Below, one piece after another: positions 27,574-37,614 of a stretch of 64,000 nucleotides of DNA (the first letter of the stretch is position 1; the number at the start of each line of letters is the position of its first letter). A model generated the notes under the pieces. That model made no database searches, was not told the DNA's origin, and was given only the letters and a program-made list of their open reading frames with translations. Where the stretch lies: IMG/VR virus record IMGVR_UViG_3300005337_000441, positions 62,001 to 126,000 of that record, one strand, 5' to 3'. A program made the translations under genes and the position numbers.

Positions 27574-28194
27574 ATGCGTTACCAAGTCGGACAGAAGTAT
27601 CTGTTCATCGATGTTCAATTCAAACCCGCCCAACCCAGGTTTGGTCACATGTACTGCCCCTGGGAGGACACCCTCGAAAGCGTCACGATTGTGGAACTCA
27701 CCTGTGCTGAGCACCACCGTGTGCCCGGCGAGTGGGACGACGAAGTCAAGTACGACGGCTTCATTTTCACCGACGCCCAAGGCAACAAGTGGGACAACCA
27801 GTACCCCCGCGCCGCCTACGGCCAACTCGACACCAGCAACGACCAGCGCGTTCTGCGCTATACCACGGGGTTCGACGGAAAACCTCAACAGCTCAACATG
27901 ACGGACTTCTCGTCCTACATGGAAACGCTGCTGCGGGGTGTGCGTGACCTGAAGAAACGGGCCACTGAACCGAAGGACCGCGACACCCCTGAGTGGCTCA
28001 ACAATGCCGCAGAGTCTCTGAACAAGTTCTACAAGGACCTCGACGAGAAACTGCGCGCTGAGTTCGGTCGCAAGGCCGTCAACGTGGGCTGGACGGCCAA
28101 CTACACCGACGGCCGCCCGCCTGAGCACGTGCCGGAAATTCCGGACGTGCAGATCGTGCCGGTGGATCAAGAACTCGCACACATCGAGTACTGA
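27574..28194 (+). CDS. hypothetical protein
   Basis: AAGGAG RBS; 206 aa. Confidence 0.8.
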   Translation: MRYQVGQKYLFIDVQFKPAQPRFGHMYCPWEDTLESVTIVELTCAEHHRVPGEWDDEVKYDGFIFTDAQGNKWDNQYPRAAYGQLDTSNDQRVLRYTTGFDGKPQQLNMTDFSSYMETLLRGVRDLKKRATEPKDRDTPEWLNNAAESLNKFYKDLDEKLRAEFGRKAVNVGWTANYTDGRPPEHVPEIPDVQIVPVDQELAHIEY

Positions 28195-28195
28195 C

Positions 28196-28459
28196 ATGCC
28201 GGGACAATTCTCGCAGCTCATTCAGGCATTGACGATCTTGGACCGGTACGAAGTCATGGACCTCAGTGCCGGCATGGTCGAAGGTGAGATCGAGGTCGAA
28301 CTGATGGAAGACATCAAGCACAGCGATGCGCTGGTGTTGAAAGAACTCGGCTGGAAGAACTGGGGTCGTCGGTGGCGGCAAACTGAACGCGAGTTCGGTT
28401 TGATCGAAGGGATGTTTGATACACGTCCGAATCAACCCACGGGCATCTTGCCGCCGTGA
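28196..28459 (+). CDS. hypothetical protein
   Basis: Abuts the upstream stop; terminator follows. Confidence 0.65.
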   Translation: MPGQFSQLIQALTILDRYEVMDLSAGMVEGEIEVELMEDIKHSDALVLKELGWKNWGRRWRQTEREFGLIEGMFDTRPNQPTGILPP

Positions 28460-28463
28460 CAGC

Positions 28464-28498
28464 AAAAAGAGGAGCCCACCGGCCCCTCTTTTTTTTTT
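28464..28498. terminator. bidirectional terminator
   Basis: A5-GAGGAGC..GCCCCTC-T-run between convergent genes. Confidence 0.7.
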
Positions 28499-28501
28499 GC
28501 C

Positions 28502-29326
28502 TCAAAGGCCAGGATTGATCTGAACCTTGATGAACCGCTGGTGCGAGTTCACATCGTTCATGATGGCGATGCGCGACCACTTCTCCTTCAAGAAGGTGAT
28601 GTACATGTCCTCAGCGTCCACGCAGTTGTCCACGTACTGCTTGACCATGCCGAGGTCTTGACCACCGCTCAGGTAGGCCTTGTCCAGCTTCACGATCAGT
28701 TCGTTGTAGATGTGGCTCTTCACTGCGAGTTTGCACAGCTCCGCAAAGTCGAAGTAGGACTTGGGGTTGATGTTCCGCAGGTTCTCTTCGTTGGCCACCA
28801 AGCAACGCAGGTGGTACGCGGCTGTGATGCGACGGAAGTTGCGGATCACGACCGTGTTGTAGCCCACGAGGTCACAGGTGGCCTCAGACACCGGCGGGAT
28901 GTTGGATGCTGCGTCACCCACACGCTGGCCAGCGCCAGTCAAGTCAGTGATGCCGCTCGGGCCCACGGTCCCGACACCTGCTCCGAACGCGGAAAAACTC
29001 ACCGCGTAGGGTAAATATCCTATGGACTTCACTGCAACGATCTGACGGTTATTCACCATCTCAGGAGGAATCTCGATCATGACCGTGAAGTCGTCGATGT
29101 ACTCCTCACGTAAGCCTTCGATGGGGACGATGACTTCGTTGCTGGAGTAGATGTTTGCATCCACCAATACTCGGGGTCGAATGACCTTGACCAGGAGTTG
29201 CTCATCCAGACTGATCGGAGCGGAAACGCTCCTCCAATTGGGACGATGATCCAGGAAGGCAATCTTCAGGATCTCGCGCGGGATCGTCCGCTTGATGGTG
29301 TCAAGCGCCTTGGCGATGGCGTCCAT
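28502..29326 (-). CDS. conserved phiKZ-like protein (putative structural)
   Basis: 274 aa; GAGG RBS; minus-strand gene between DNA polymerase and chimallin, as recalled for phiKZ-like phages. Confidence 0.65.
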   Translation of the reverse strand: MDAIAKALDTIKRTIPREILKIAFLDHRPNWRSVSAPISLDEQLLVKVIRPRVLVDANIYSSNEVIVPIEGLREEYIDDFTVMIEIPPEMVNNRQIVAVKSIGYLPYAVSFSAFGAGVGTVGPSGITDLTGAGQRVGDAASNIPPVSEATCDLVGYNTVVIRNFRRITAAYHLRCLVANEENLRNINPKSYFDFAELCKLAVKSHIYNELIVKLDKAYLSGGQDLGMVKQYVDNCVDAEDMYITFLKEKWSRIAIMNDVNSHQRFIKVQINPGL

Positions 29327-29341
29327 AGGGAAGGTACCTCA

Positions 29342-29611
29342 ATGTTTGTTTCTGCACAAGAATTCCTCGACAAGACTCAACAACTTGGCTTTGACGTTCG
29401 GGAATTCCAATCGACTATGTGGAACCTGACGGAGAATCCACACTCATTGGATCAGGCAAAGATCCAGGGCCGTTCGCCCTTCATCGTGCTTTATGCCGAT
29501 ACTGATTGCATCTCGGTGACGTTCATCGAGAAAAAGCATCTTCCGATCGCTGAGGATGACGACAACACGGTCGTCGACGCGTTCGAGCTCCTCAAACACG
29601 TAGCCCACTAA
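29342..29611 (+). CDS. hypothetical protein
   Basis: AAGG RBS; ATG 29342. Confidence 0.55.
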   Translation: MFVSAQEFLDKTQQLGFDVREFQSTMWNLTENPHSLDQAKIQGRSPFIVLYADTDCISVTFIEKKHLPIAEDDDNTVVDAFELLKHVAH

Positions 29612-29669
29612 ACCACACAGCACACGACCCCCCGGAGCTCCAACGGCTCCGGGGGGTCCCTATGCAGTT

Positions 29670-30764
29670 CTATAGCGCCATCACTTCACCGATGAAGGCA
29701 TCCACCTCCAGCCCAAGGGTTGAAGGCAGAATGGTTTTGAGCATGTTCTCGCGATCCAGGTACTGACAGGTGCGTTGCAGCTGATGGATGAGCGTCGTGT
29801 TGGAATTCACGCCGCCCTCACCGCCGAGCTGGATCAAGAAGGCCATGATCTCAAAGCGCGTGATGTTCAACGCCCACCAGGCTTGACGAGTTCTCGCCAT
29901 GTCCGGCATGATCAGGCTCACCTGCATGTCCTTCTCGAAGATGCTCGGGATGTTTTGCAGGTATGCGTAGTAGCTACCCTTGTAGTCTTCGAGCCGCTTC
30001 AGGATCTCCCTGAGCACATTGTCCATCTTGTCGCCATAGTCGACCACCAAGAAAGCGTGCTTCCTCGTGGCGCGACTCATGTCGATGTCGTGGTACAAGT
30101 TGTACATGCGGTTCATGATCACGTAGTCGATGTGACTGTAGAGCATGGACGGCAGCACGTACATGTGTACGAAATGTGTCACACCCAGCAGTCCCTGAGA
30201 CTCACCCTTGGAATCCAGTCGAGCTGACTGATCCATCAGGAACCCTCGGTACATGCACAGGAGCATGGGCACATTGATCGAGATGGCGCAGAACCCTTGA
30301 CCTGTGCTGGCGTTCTTACCGTCCGGTAAAAGAAGCCCAAAGTCACTGATTTGATGCGACAACACTTTGATAGGTTGCAACGCCTTCCAATTCTGGACGG
30401 CGTCAAACGGGTTGAAGTAGTCTTCGTTGTAGAAGATCAGTTCTTTGTTTCCAGGACCGTAGAACACTCCGTCATGAAAGACACCGTAGTCGATGTCGCT
30501 CGTGAAGCGGAAGTGCTTGGCCACATAGGGCGACCTCGCAGAGATCACCTCCATGAAACGTTCGATGTCGTATTCAACGGGCACACTGGCTGTCATCAGC
30601 AGACGACACAGCAAGTGATTGCCCTGCACAGCGAACACCCGATTGTTGTAGTAGTTCACAATCGTGGTGATTTCTCGCTGGTAAGTTCGCTGGATCAACT
30701 CGAACCCGGGGGGTCTGACCACGGGCAAGTTGCCTGCGAACTCGCTGGCAAAGAGGTTATACAT
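29670..30764 (-). CDS. conserved phiKZ-like protein divergent from chimallin (gp52-like position)
   Basis: 364 aa; GAGGAG RBS; CTGATCCTATG motif upstream. Confidence 0.7.
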   Translation of the reverse strand: MYNLFASEFAGNLPVVRPPGFELIQRTYQREITTIVNYYNNRVFAVQGNHLLCRLLMTASVPVEYDIERFMEVISARSPYVAKHFRFTSDIDYGVFHDGVFYGPGNKELIFYNEDYFNPFDAVQNWKALQPIKVLSHQISDFGLLLPDGKNASTGQGFCAISINVPMLLCMYRGFLMDQSARLDSKGESQGLLGVTHFVHMYVLPSMLYSHIDYVIMNRMYNLYHDIDMSRATRKHAFLVVDYGDKMDNVLREILKRLEDYKGSYYAYLQNIPSIFEKDMQVSLIMPDMARTRQAWWALNITRFEIMAFLIQLGGEGGVNSNTTLIHQLQRTCQYLDRENMLKTILPSTLGLEVDAFIGEVMAL

Positions 30765-30815
30765 GAGCTCCTCAGCATGTCTATCATAGGATCAGGAGGA
30801 GTCCATCGAAGTGGT

Positions 30816-30855
30816 GATGTAAAAAACTTCCTCCCTTTCCGTATATCTATTGGAG
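30816..30855 (+). promoter_or_regulatory. class-2 promoter-like motif upstream of chimallin
   Basis: GATGT-A6-CTT-N11-GTATATCTATTGGAG, twin of 14606-14644. Confidence 0.65.
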
Positions 30856-30954
30856 ACAAGTGCTCCTTACATCCACCTGGAGGCAACTCCAGGTGGAGAT
30901 ATAAGGTTCACTACGTTGTCTCGGGATCAAATCCCGTTTCTAACGTTGTTCAGC

Positions 30955-30971
30955 CCCTTATACTTTAACTG
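30955..30971 (+). promoter_or_regulatory. class-1 promoter variant CCCTTATACT-N5-TG
   Basis: TATACT-N5-TG with TCTAA upstream at the usual spacing. Confidence 0.5.
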
Positions 30972-31077
30972 GAAAAAGGTAGCTGATGACTTGCTTCCCC
31001 CTTGTACACGGTGGGGTGTACCGTGTAGTGTGTTTTAGCTAAAACGTTCTTAGAAAACCTCTTTGGAGAAAATTGCA

Positions 31078-32937
31078 ATGGCAATCCACGACGACCAAAA
31101 CGACGGCAACCGTACCTCCGCTGCAAGCGCGCAGGGCGGTTTCAACGCCTTCGACAGCTTCCACACCGGCGGCCTGTTCGCTGCCCCCATCAGCCAGGGC
31201 ATGGGCTCCGAGTTCTACACCAAGGTGAAGCAGGGCCTGCTGGACCTGTACAAGGACGTCAACCCCAACGTCAAGATCGCCCTGATCGACCTGGACAACG
31301 TCAACAACCCCGCTTTTGACTTCTCCAACATCATCGTCGCCGCGCAGCTGAAGAACGCTCCGGAACTCGGCGTCGCCTACCACATCCTGGCCCTGGAAGC
31401 CACCGGCGAGAAGCTGGGCCCGGTCATGGACACCATCAACAACCAGACCATCGAGATCCAGCGCGTCACCTCCGACACCATCGACACCGCCCTGGTCAAG
31501 GCCGCCGCCGCCAAGGTCGAAGCTGCCTTCCCCGGCGTCGCCAGCCACTGGGTCGATGCGACCGTGGTGCCCGACACCTTCAACCCCGATGACAAGACCG
31601 CCATGCACAAGCTGGCGCTGTTCACCGGCCTGGCCTGCTCCACCGAGCTGCAGATCCACTCGCCTGACTTCCGTGACCTGAACCTGGCTCACATCAAGAA
31701 CGAAGGCCAGCTGACCGTGCGCCTGGACTTCGGCCGCCAGCAAGTCGAGAACATCGTCGGCCAGCCGCAGCGCTCCGACGTCAGCGGCTCCCTGACCAGC
31801 CGCAAGAACGTCCCGGGCCGTCAGGCTCAGGTCAACACCGGTGACAAGGAAGCTCACGTCGCCCGCGTCGGCGGCTTCATCGATCTGGTCTGGGCGCCGC
31901 GCGGCGGTGACACGGGCTTCAACCCGTGGCTCGCCCAGCAGCAGCAACAGCAAATGGCCATGAACCCGATGCTCACGCAGAAGTACGCTGCGCGTCTGGT
32001 CCTGACCGACATCCAATCCCGCTTCGCCTACACGCCTTCGCTGGTGCTGCTGGCCGTGGCCACCTCGCTGACCGCGAGCGACAACAACAACTGGTTCCAA
32101 GCCTACCGTCCCACTCCGTCGGCCGGCAAGGGTTCCATCGACCTCAACGACATCGGCGCTCTGAACATCGAGGCCAACATCTCCAACGAACCCGGCGGCT
32201 TCGGCTCGCGCATCAACACGAAGGGCGAGGAATTCCAGCTGTCGCAGCTGGGCACGCTGATCGGCATGATGGTGCAACCGGGCATGATGCTGGCCATCGA
32301 CGTGCCGGAAGCTGGTCCGCAGTCGTGGTACCTGTCCATGTTCGCCAACGCGGCGAACGGCAGCCAGGCCGCCTACGACGCCATCTACAACGCCGCCAAC
32401 GAGCTGACCAACGGCGCCTTCAGCCGCCACTTCGCTGCTGGCACGCAGATGTTCGTCGACACGAACAACCGCGTCCACCTCGGCAACTGGACGGACCGTC
32501 TGGGCAACAAGCGCGACATCCGCGACATCGACTACCTGGCCGTCGCCAACCTGCTGGGCGACTCCAACCCGTCGGCGATCCGCGACTGGAGCGACACGTT
32601 CCTGCGCACCGAGTACCCGCTGCCCCAGCGTCTGGCCGCTCGCAAGCGCATGATCAGCAGCCTCACCGGCGAGACCGCGGTCTTCACCGGCTTCGCTCAG
32701 CGCGTCACCTTCAGCGGCAAGTTCCTGGCCGCCTTCGGTGCTGCTCTGCGTGAAGTCAGCCCGCCGATGCGCGTCACCACCCCGCTGTCGGCTTCCGAGC
32801 TGAGCAACCAGCGCGGCTACGCCGGCTTCGCCGAGCAGGCCATGCTGGCTCCGGGCCAGACGTTCGCCCAGGTCGGCGGCTTCGGCAACGCCAACGCCTA
32901 CGCCGGTTACTTCGGTCCGGCGCAGCGCTGGATGTAA
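31078..32937 (+). CDS. chmA: chimallin, phage nucleus shell protein
   Basis: 619 aa; extreme high-expression codon bias; motifs such as GFIDLVW, DIGALNIE, RVHLG.WTD..G.KRDIRDIDYLA and G.AQRVTF; co-occurs with PhuZ and nvRNAP genes. Confidence 0.88.
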   Translation: MAIHDDQNDGNRTSAASAQGGFNAFDSFHTGGLFAAPISQGMGSEFYTKVKQGLLDLYKDVNPNVKIALIDLDNVNNPAFDFSNIIVAAQLKNAPELGVAYHILALEATGEKLGPVMDTINNQTIEIQRVTSDTIDTALVKAAAAKVEAAFPGVASHWVDATVVPDTFNPDDKTAMHKLALFTGLACSTELQIHSPDFRDLNLAHIKNEGQLTVRLDFGRQQVENIVGQPQRSDVSGSLTSRKNVPGRQAQVNTGDKEAHVARVGGFIDLVWAPRGGDTGFNPWLAQQQQQQMAMNPMLTQKYAARLVLTDIQSRFAYTPSLVLLAVATSLTASDNNNWFQAYRPTPSAGKGSIDLNDIGALNIEANISNEPGGFGSRINTKGEEFQLSQLGTLIGMMVQPGMMLAIDVPEAGPQSWYLSMFANAANGSQAAYDAIYNAANELTNGAFSRHFAAGTQMFVDTNNRVHLGNWTDRLGNKRDIRDIDYLAVANLLGDSNPSAIRDWSDTFLRTEYPLPQRLAARKRMISSLTGETAVFTGFAQRVTFSGKFLAAFGAALREVSPPMRVTTPLSASELSNQRGYAGFAEQAMLAPGQTFAQVGGFGNANAYAGYFGPAQRWM

Positions 32938-32979
32938 AACCAGCACAGGCCAGGTTCGCCTGGCTTGTCATTGCAACTT

Positions 32980-33023
32980 GAGATCTCCAGGGCTTTGCGG
33001 CTCTGGAGATCTTTTTCTTTTTT
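32980..33023 (+). terminator. terminator after chmA
   Basis: AGATCTCCAGGGC/GCTCTGGAGATCT followed by T-runs. Confidence 0.8.
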
Positions 33024-33050
33024 GTCCGTCAACTTCGGAGAATTACTACC

Positions 33051-33353
33051 GTGTCCAACAAGATTGATCCTGCTGTCGAACGTGAGCAGATGTTCCAGCT
33101 CACCAAGCTTCAGCCGTTGAAAACGACGCCTTTCTCGCTCGAAGATACGGTGATGTACTCGTACAACATCATGCAACTGCTGCGCGGTAAGGCGGTGATG
33201 CACCGCACGACCGTCACGCACTTCGAGATCGCTGTCGAGGATCGCACGCTCGCCGTGTTCGACGAGTTCTACCCCAATCAGTGGACGATCTCCGTCTGCC
33301 CCGCTCTGACCCTCGTGATGCTCGAAGGCTTCCAGCTTTTCAAGAACAACTGA
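33051..33353 (+). CDS. hypothetical protein
   Basis: GGAG RBS, GTG start. Confidence 0.7.
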   Translation: MSNKIDPAVEREQMFQLTKLQPLKTTPFSLEDTVMYSYNIMQLLRGKAVMHRTTVTHFEIAVEDRTLAVFDEFYPNQWTISVCPALTLVMLEGFQLFKNN

Positions 33354-33384
33354 ATTTCAACTGCTCATCGAAAGGAGAAAGATC

Positions 33385-33708
33385 ATGAGCGAACAACCTG
33401 AAGTCATCACGCCGGCGACACCCACTGAACTGGTGTTGTCTCCTTTCAAGGCGGTGCGTGAAGGCGAATCCATCAAGCTGTACTACCGCGACAAGTACGT
33501 GGGTACGGCGCAAGATGGTGATCTCCAGTCGTTTCTGGAAGTCATCGATGTCGTCACCGACCGCGTCCTGGAGCGAGCCCGGGACAGCATGCTCAAGGGC
33601 GTCGAAGCACTGGTCCCTGAGCTCAACCGACAGGTCGCGCAGCACATGCAGGCTGCAGTCGTTTATGACCGCAAGAAACGCGGTCTTCTGAGCCGTATCT
33701 TCGGCTAA
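33385..33708 (+). CDS. hypothetical protein
   Basis: AAGGAG RBS. Confidence 0.75.
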   Translation: MSEQPEVITPATPTELVLSPFKAVREGESIKLYYRDKYVGTAQDGDLQSFLEVIDVVTDRVLERARDSMLKGVEALVPELNRQVAQHMQAAVVYDRKKRGLLSRIFG

Positions 33709-33728
33709 CAGCAACACCAAGAGGACCT

Positions 33729-34181
33729 ATGGCATTCGCCCTTGACTTCGGTGACCACCAGGTCGCCGACACCGCGCGCGTCATCAGTGCGCTGGATCCC
33801 AACGTTCCCAACCACGATCAACAAATCCCCGTGGTCGTGCCGCATGATGGCGGCATCCAGCTGACGTTCCGTGACGTCGGCCGTACTGAAGAGCAGCAAA
33901 AGGAATGGGACCGGCATACAGTGCGCGCCAATCAAGAGGTCATGATCTATGGCTTTGTGGTGCGCATCGTCGCTGAACTCAATCTGCTGGACTTCTTCGA
34001 GCGCTTCAAGCATTACGTCGAAGAGACGGGCATGGCCGTGTATGACAGCTTTGCATTCACCAAGTGGTTGATGCAAGACGAACGCCTGGCCGTGCAGGAT
34101 CAGGGGGTCGCCGTCGACCTCGACAATCTCCAGAAGTTCTGGGGGTTCCAAGACAAGTGGCTCGAAGAACAACGAGCTTGA
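33729..34181 (+). CDS. hypothetical protein
   Basis: GAGGA RBS. Confidence 0.75.
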   Translation: MAFALDFGDHQVADTARVISALDPNVPNHDQQIPVVVPHDGGIQLTFRDVGRTEEQQKEWDRHTVRANQEVMIYGFVVRIVAELNLLDFFERFKHYVEETGMAVYDSFAFTKWLMQDERLAVQDQGVAVDLDNLQKFWGFQDKWLEEQRA

Positions 34182-34206
34182 TCAATACAACTGAGAAAGG
34201 GCAACC

Positions 34207-35028
34207 ATGCCTGCATTGAAACTTCACAAGACGGGTTCGGACACCTTCCGTGTGTTGGTTGACGGCAACGTCAGTCCGTACCTCGTGGGCTTTCGTGAAC
34301 CCAACGAAGCTGTCGTCTGTGCCAAAGAACGATTTCTTGCGGAGCATCCCACCGCCAGCATCGACATCGATGGCGCTTCGGTGTACCTGATGGATGCCGT
34401 CGACTGCCTGAGGCTCCTGAGCCAAAAGCACGACGAGCAGCTGTCTTGGTCCGGCGCTGAGTACATCAGCCAGGCTGAGGAAACGGTGATGGAGCTCTAC
34501 GGTGGCGCTCATCACACGCCGCCTGCCTTCAAGAACGCCATCCGCTTCAGCGTCCGCGCTTTCATGCTCAAGACCCTGGGGGAATACCCGGAACGTCTGA
34601 ACAAGTGGCTGCTCGCAGCCGAGCGCTATGGCGTCGGGGAGGATCCCGAGGTCCTTCGTGGCGAACTGGGCATCGGTTTGCTGTTTCCGCTCATGGAGGA
34701 CAAACATTTCGGTCGACTGTTCCCGATCACGTGCGTTGCGTACTTCGTCTCCAACGAGTGGGCCCGCAATCCTGTCAACAGCGAACTGCGTGAATTGGCT
34801 TCCTACGCACTGGGGCGCGCCTTCACGGAAAACGACGATCTGCGAGAAGTGCAGCAATGTCTGGACAGTGGGGTTTTCCGTTCCAAGGAGATCGGCCATA
34901 TCTGGGACGGATACTCGAACCGCAACAGCATCGAGGACGATGAGACGCGCCTGCAAGTCAGCGACGATTGGCACCAGTTGCGCGATGAACTCGGCCCTGA
35001 CATCTTCGTCTTGCCTGCGGTGAGGTGA
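34207..35028 (+). CDS. hypothetical protein
   Basis: 273 aa; AAGGG RBS. Confidence 0.75.
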   Translation: MPALKLHKTGSDTFRVLVDGNVSPYLVGFREPNEAVVCAKERFLAEHPTASIDIDGASVYLMDAVDCLRLLSQKHDEQLSWSGAEYISQAEETVMELYGGAHHTPPAFKNAIRFSVRAFMLKTLGEYPERLNKWLLAAERYGVGEDPEVLRGELGIGLLFPLMEDKHFGRLFPITCVAYFVSNEWARNPVNSELRELASYALGRAFTENDDLREVQQCLDSGVFRSKEIGHIWDGYSNRNSIEDDETRLQVSDDWHQLRDELGPDIFVLPAVR

Positions 35029-35447
35029 TGGTGAGCTCCGTCGTGAAACCAGCGCGAGTTCAGCTGGAGGCGCGCGAGAAGGCGGGGATTAACCACCGGG
35101 TGAAACAAGCACTGGACACGGTCACCAAGATCGTGAGTGACGCGAAACTCATGCGCATGCACGCTCGTGAGATGAAGTGTCACAACACCGCTCATCTGCG
35201 CATCCGCGTGGACGTCTTACTCACCCGACCCGAGATCAATCAGCTGCGAGAGCAACTTGCTGACGCCGTCCAACACTACCCGCGTGTCATCATTGACAAC
35301 GCGGAGTGGAGTAACCGGTGGTTCAGCAAGAGACAAGGACTCGAAGTCAAGCTGTTCTTCGAACCTTATTCCAAAGAGCTGGCTCGCGGTGTCTGGCGAG
35401 CACCGGAATGGTGGATGCGTGCCAACCCCAGACCACCCAAAACCTAA
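35025..35447 (+). CDS. hypothetical basic protein
   Basis: Overlaps the upstream stop; GAGGT RBS. Confidence 0.65.
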   Translation: MMVSSVVKPARVQLEAREKAGINHRVKQALDTVTKIVSDAKLMRMHAREMKCHNTAHLRIRVDVLLTRPEINQLREQLADAVQHYPRVIIDNAEWSNRWFSKRQGLEVKLFFEPYSKELARGVWRAPEWWMRANPRPPKT

Positions 35448-35459
35448 AGGAAACGCCAA

Positions 35460-35948
35460 GTGGCAATCAACAACAAGCTCGACCTGATCTCCGTGGCCAT
35501 CCGTGGTGAAGGGGACATGAAGGCGCGGCTGGACAAGTGCCTGAGAGAACTTCAGACCACAGCCATCACCCACGCTCAACAGGTGGTGAAGATCGGCGGC
35601 ATCTCGGCATGCTTTCGCAGCGCCAATGGGCTGTGGAAGTCGTTTGCCAAGCATCTGAAGGACAATGCCAAGGACTTCGCGGACCAGGGTTTCAAGCTCG
35701 AAGCCTTCCCGCAGCTGGACGACATGTACGTGCAGATGCTCGCACAGCTGGAGCCCGAGATGTTCTACCTGTGTCTGGAACAGAAAGCGTTCCTCGGCTA
35801 CACGTTGACTCCGGGCGATCAAGAGCGCATCAACCGGGCCAAGAAGACGTTGCAGACCGACAAGCAGCCACGCTTGGCGCTGCGCATGTACCAGAACTTC
35901 AATGATTCGGCCAATAAAGCCTCGGTGAAAAATCAACATAAACGTTGA
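35460..35948 (+). CDS. hypothetical protein
   Basis: AAGGA RBS, GTG start. Confidence 0.7.
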   Translation: MAINNKLDLISVAIRGEGDMKARLDKCLRELQTTAITHAQQVVKIGGISACFRSANGLWKSFAKHLKDNAKDFADQGFKLEAFPQLDDMYVQMLAQLEPEMFYLCLEQKAFLGYTLTPGDQERINRAKKTLQTDKQPRLALRMYQNFNDSANKASVKNQHKR

Positions 35949-35986
35949 TCCAATGATGACACATTGTGTCTCTAAGATCGAAGAAT

Positions 35987-36175
35987 ATGAATGAGTCGTT
36001 CGCCGTTGTTTTGTACTGGCTAATGACGGCGAGTCCTGTGCTCATCGTCGTTGCCTACGGTTGGTGGTTTCACTGGCGTCCTTACAAGGCCCAGCGTCAA
36101 TTCAACCAAAGCCACCTCGATCAGATCAACGCTTTGATCGAGGCTGCCAAGCGAGAAGAGAAAGCAGGCAAGTGA
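35987..36175 (+). CDS. small single-TM protein
   Basis: Hydrophobic N-terminus; terminator follows. Confidence 0.55.
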   Translation: MNESFAVVLYWLMTASPVLIVVAYGWWFHWRPYKAQRQFNQSHLDQINALIEAAKREEKAGK

Positions 36176-36235
36176 GACAGCGCGGGGCTTCGGCTCCGTG
36201 CTGCACTCGGTTTCTTTTTTGTTGGGGAGATCAAG

Positions 36236-36703
36236 TTGGACAGCTTCATTCAAAGGGCCACCTCTGGCCGTCCCGAGCCGGTGAGTACGCTCACGCACCT
36301 CTACCATGGCCGCGCCAAGATGGTCATGAACTTGGTTCCCGAGACCCAGATCACTCTGGCACGGTGCGACATCGAACGCGCCAAGCTTGACGCATTCCTC
36401 GCTGTCTTCAACGAAGAATACCAGATCAAAGAGTACCGCGCTGAAGGCAACAACATCTCCATCGCTCTGTGCAAGTCCAAGGCACCTACCAAGAGCTTCA
36501 TGGACCGGCTGCGCAGACGTGAGTTCTTTGTCTACCATCTCCGGTTCGAACAAAAGGACTGGCAGAAAACGCCCCAGTTCCTGGACACATACTCCACCTC
36601 CAAGGTGCTGTCCGCTGAGATCGACCGCTACGAGGCCATCAAGGTGGCGCAGTGGATGTCCACCAAAACTTTCATCTTCGGGGAATTGCCCCCACGGAGT
36701 TAA
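36236..36703 (+). CDS. hypothetical protein
   Basis: GGGGAG RBS, TTG start. Confidence 0.7.
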   Translation: MDSFIQRATSGRPEPVSTLTHLYHGRAKMVMNLVPETQITLARCDIERAKLDAFLAVFNEEYQIKEYRAEGNNISIALCKSKAPTKSFMDRLRRREFFVYHLRFEQKDWQKTPQFLDTYSTSKVLSAEIDRYEAIKVAQWMSTKTFIFGELPPRS

Positions 36704-36706
36704 ACC

Positions 36707-37195
36707 ATGGCCAGCTACAATGGCTTGTCTGAAGCTGAAGAGGAACGCGCTGCGCTCTTCATCGAGGAAAACGGCGAAGGCCTGCAAGCCATTGGCAAGG
36801 TCATCCGTCACGGGTACGAGTCGTTCAATCCGTTCGACCCTGACAAGATCACCAACCGCACCACCTTAACCAAGGAAGTCGGTGACATGTTGATCGCCAT
36901 CGAGCTCATGCTCAGCGCTGGCGACATTGACCCCTACATCCTGATGCACCACATCCGGCAGAAGGTCAACAAGATGCGCCCGTACATCCATTGCGAAGAG
37001 AATCTCGACGCACTGCCGCATTTCACGGGCAACGAATTCCCCTTTGTCTCACTCAGGCGTCACTTGAGTGAGGGTTTCGAGTACCTGGGTCAACTGGGCT
37101 ACGTCAACAAGAACGAGGCACCTATCCCATGTCCCGACGCGAACGCTTCGCTGCCACCCTTGCCCGAGGAATTGCCACAGGCAGCCTTTACCTGA
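36707..37195 (+). CDS. MazG-like NTP pyrophosphohydrolase
   Basis: EENGE.LQAIGK..RHG and KEVGD (ExxE/ExxD) motifs. Confidence 0.75.
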   Translation: MASYNGLSEAEEERAALFIEENGEGLQAIGKVIRHGYESFNPFDPDKITNRTTLTKEVGDMLIAIELMLSAGDIDPYILMHHIRQKVNKMRPYIHCEENLDALPHFTGNEFPFVSLRRHLSEGFEYLGQLGYVNKNEAPIPCPDANASLPPLPEELPQAAFT

Positions 37196-37294
37196 GTGTG
37201 ATCATCTACGCTTTTGCTGAGACCATTCGGCAGAGTCGCAAAAAAGAAGACAATCCTGTGGAGTAAGCTCCATTCTTCCACAGGAGGCCAAAGT

Positions 37295-37504
37295 GTGAAT
37301 GTCTTCGCCTACACTCCTTCCGACGGTGCATCGCATCCGCCGTACATCTCGCTCAACGAGGATGACGCGGGCAAGATCACTTTGTCCGCACGTGAAGGTC
37401 CTGCTGACAACTTCAGGCTCGTGAACATCAACCTTCCTTTCGAGGAAGTCGTCGCGATGCACAGAGAACTCGGCATCTTCATCGAACGTCGTCAAGCTCG
37501 TTGA
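37295..37504 (+). CDS. small hypothetical protein
   Basis: AGGAGG RBS, GTG start. Confidence 0.65.
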   Translation: MNVFAYTPSDGASHPPYISLNEDDAGKITLSAREGPADNFRLVNINLPFEEVVAMHRELGIFIERRQAR

Positions 37505-37614
37505 GCCCATAGGTCCAGGCGCGGTTCATTCCGCCCTGGACTTATGCTGTGTTTTTCTTTTTGATCAGGCCCATCCGTATGGATATCCAGATCTGACATT
37601 TGAAGGGAGAAGTC

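Noticed and set aside
31039-32946. 635-aa antisense ORF over chimallin (similarly 619..1572, 3334..4557, 50045..51040, 59584..60867, 61034..62134, 62998..63966)
   Set aside because: Shadow ORFs produced by strong codon bias on the coding strand; no RBS or recognisable motifs.
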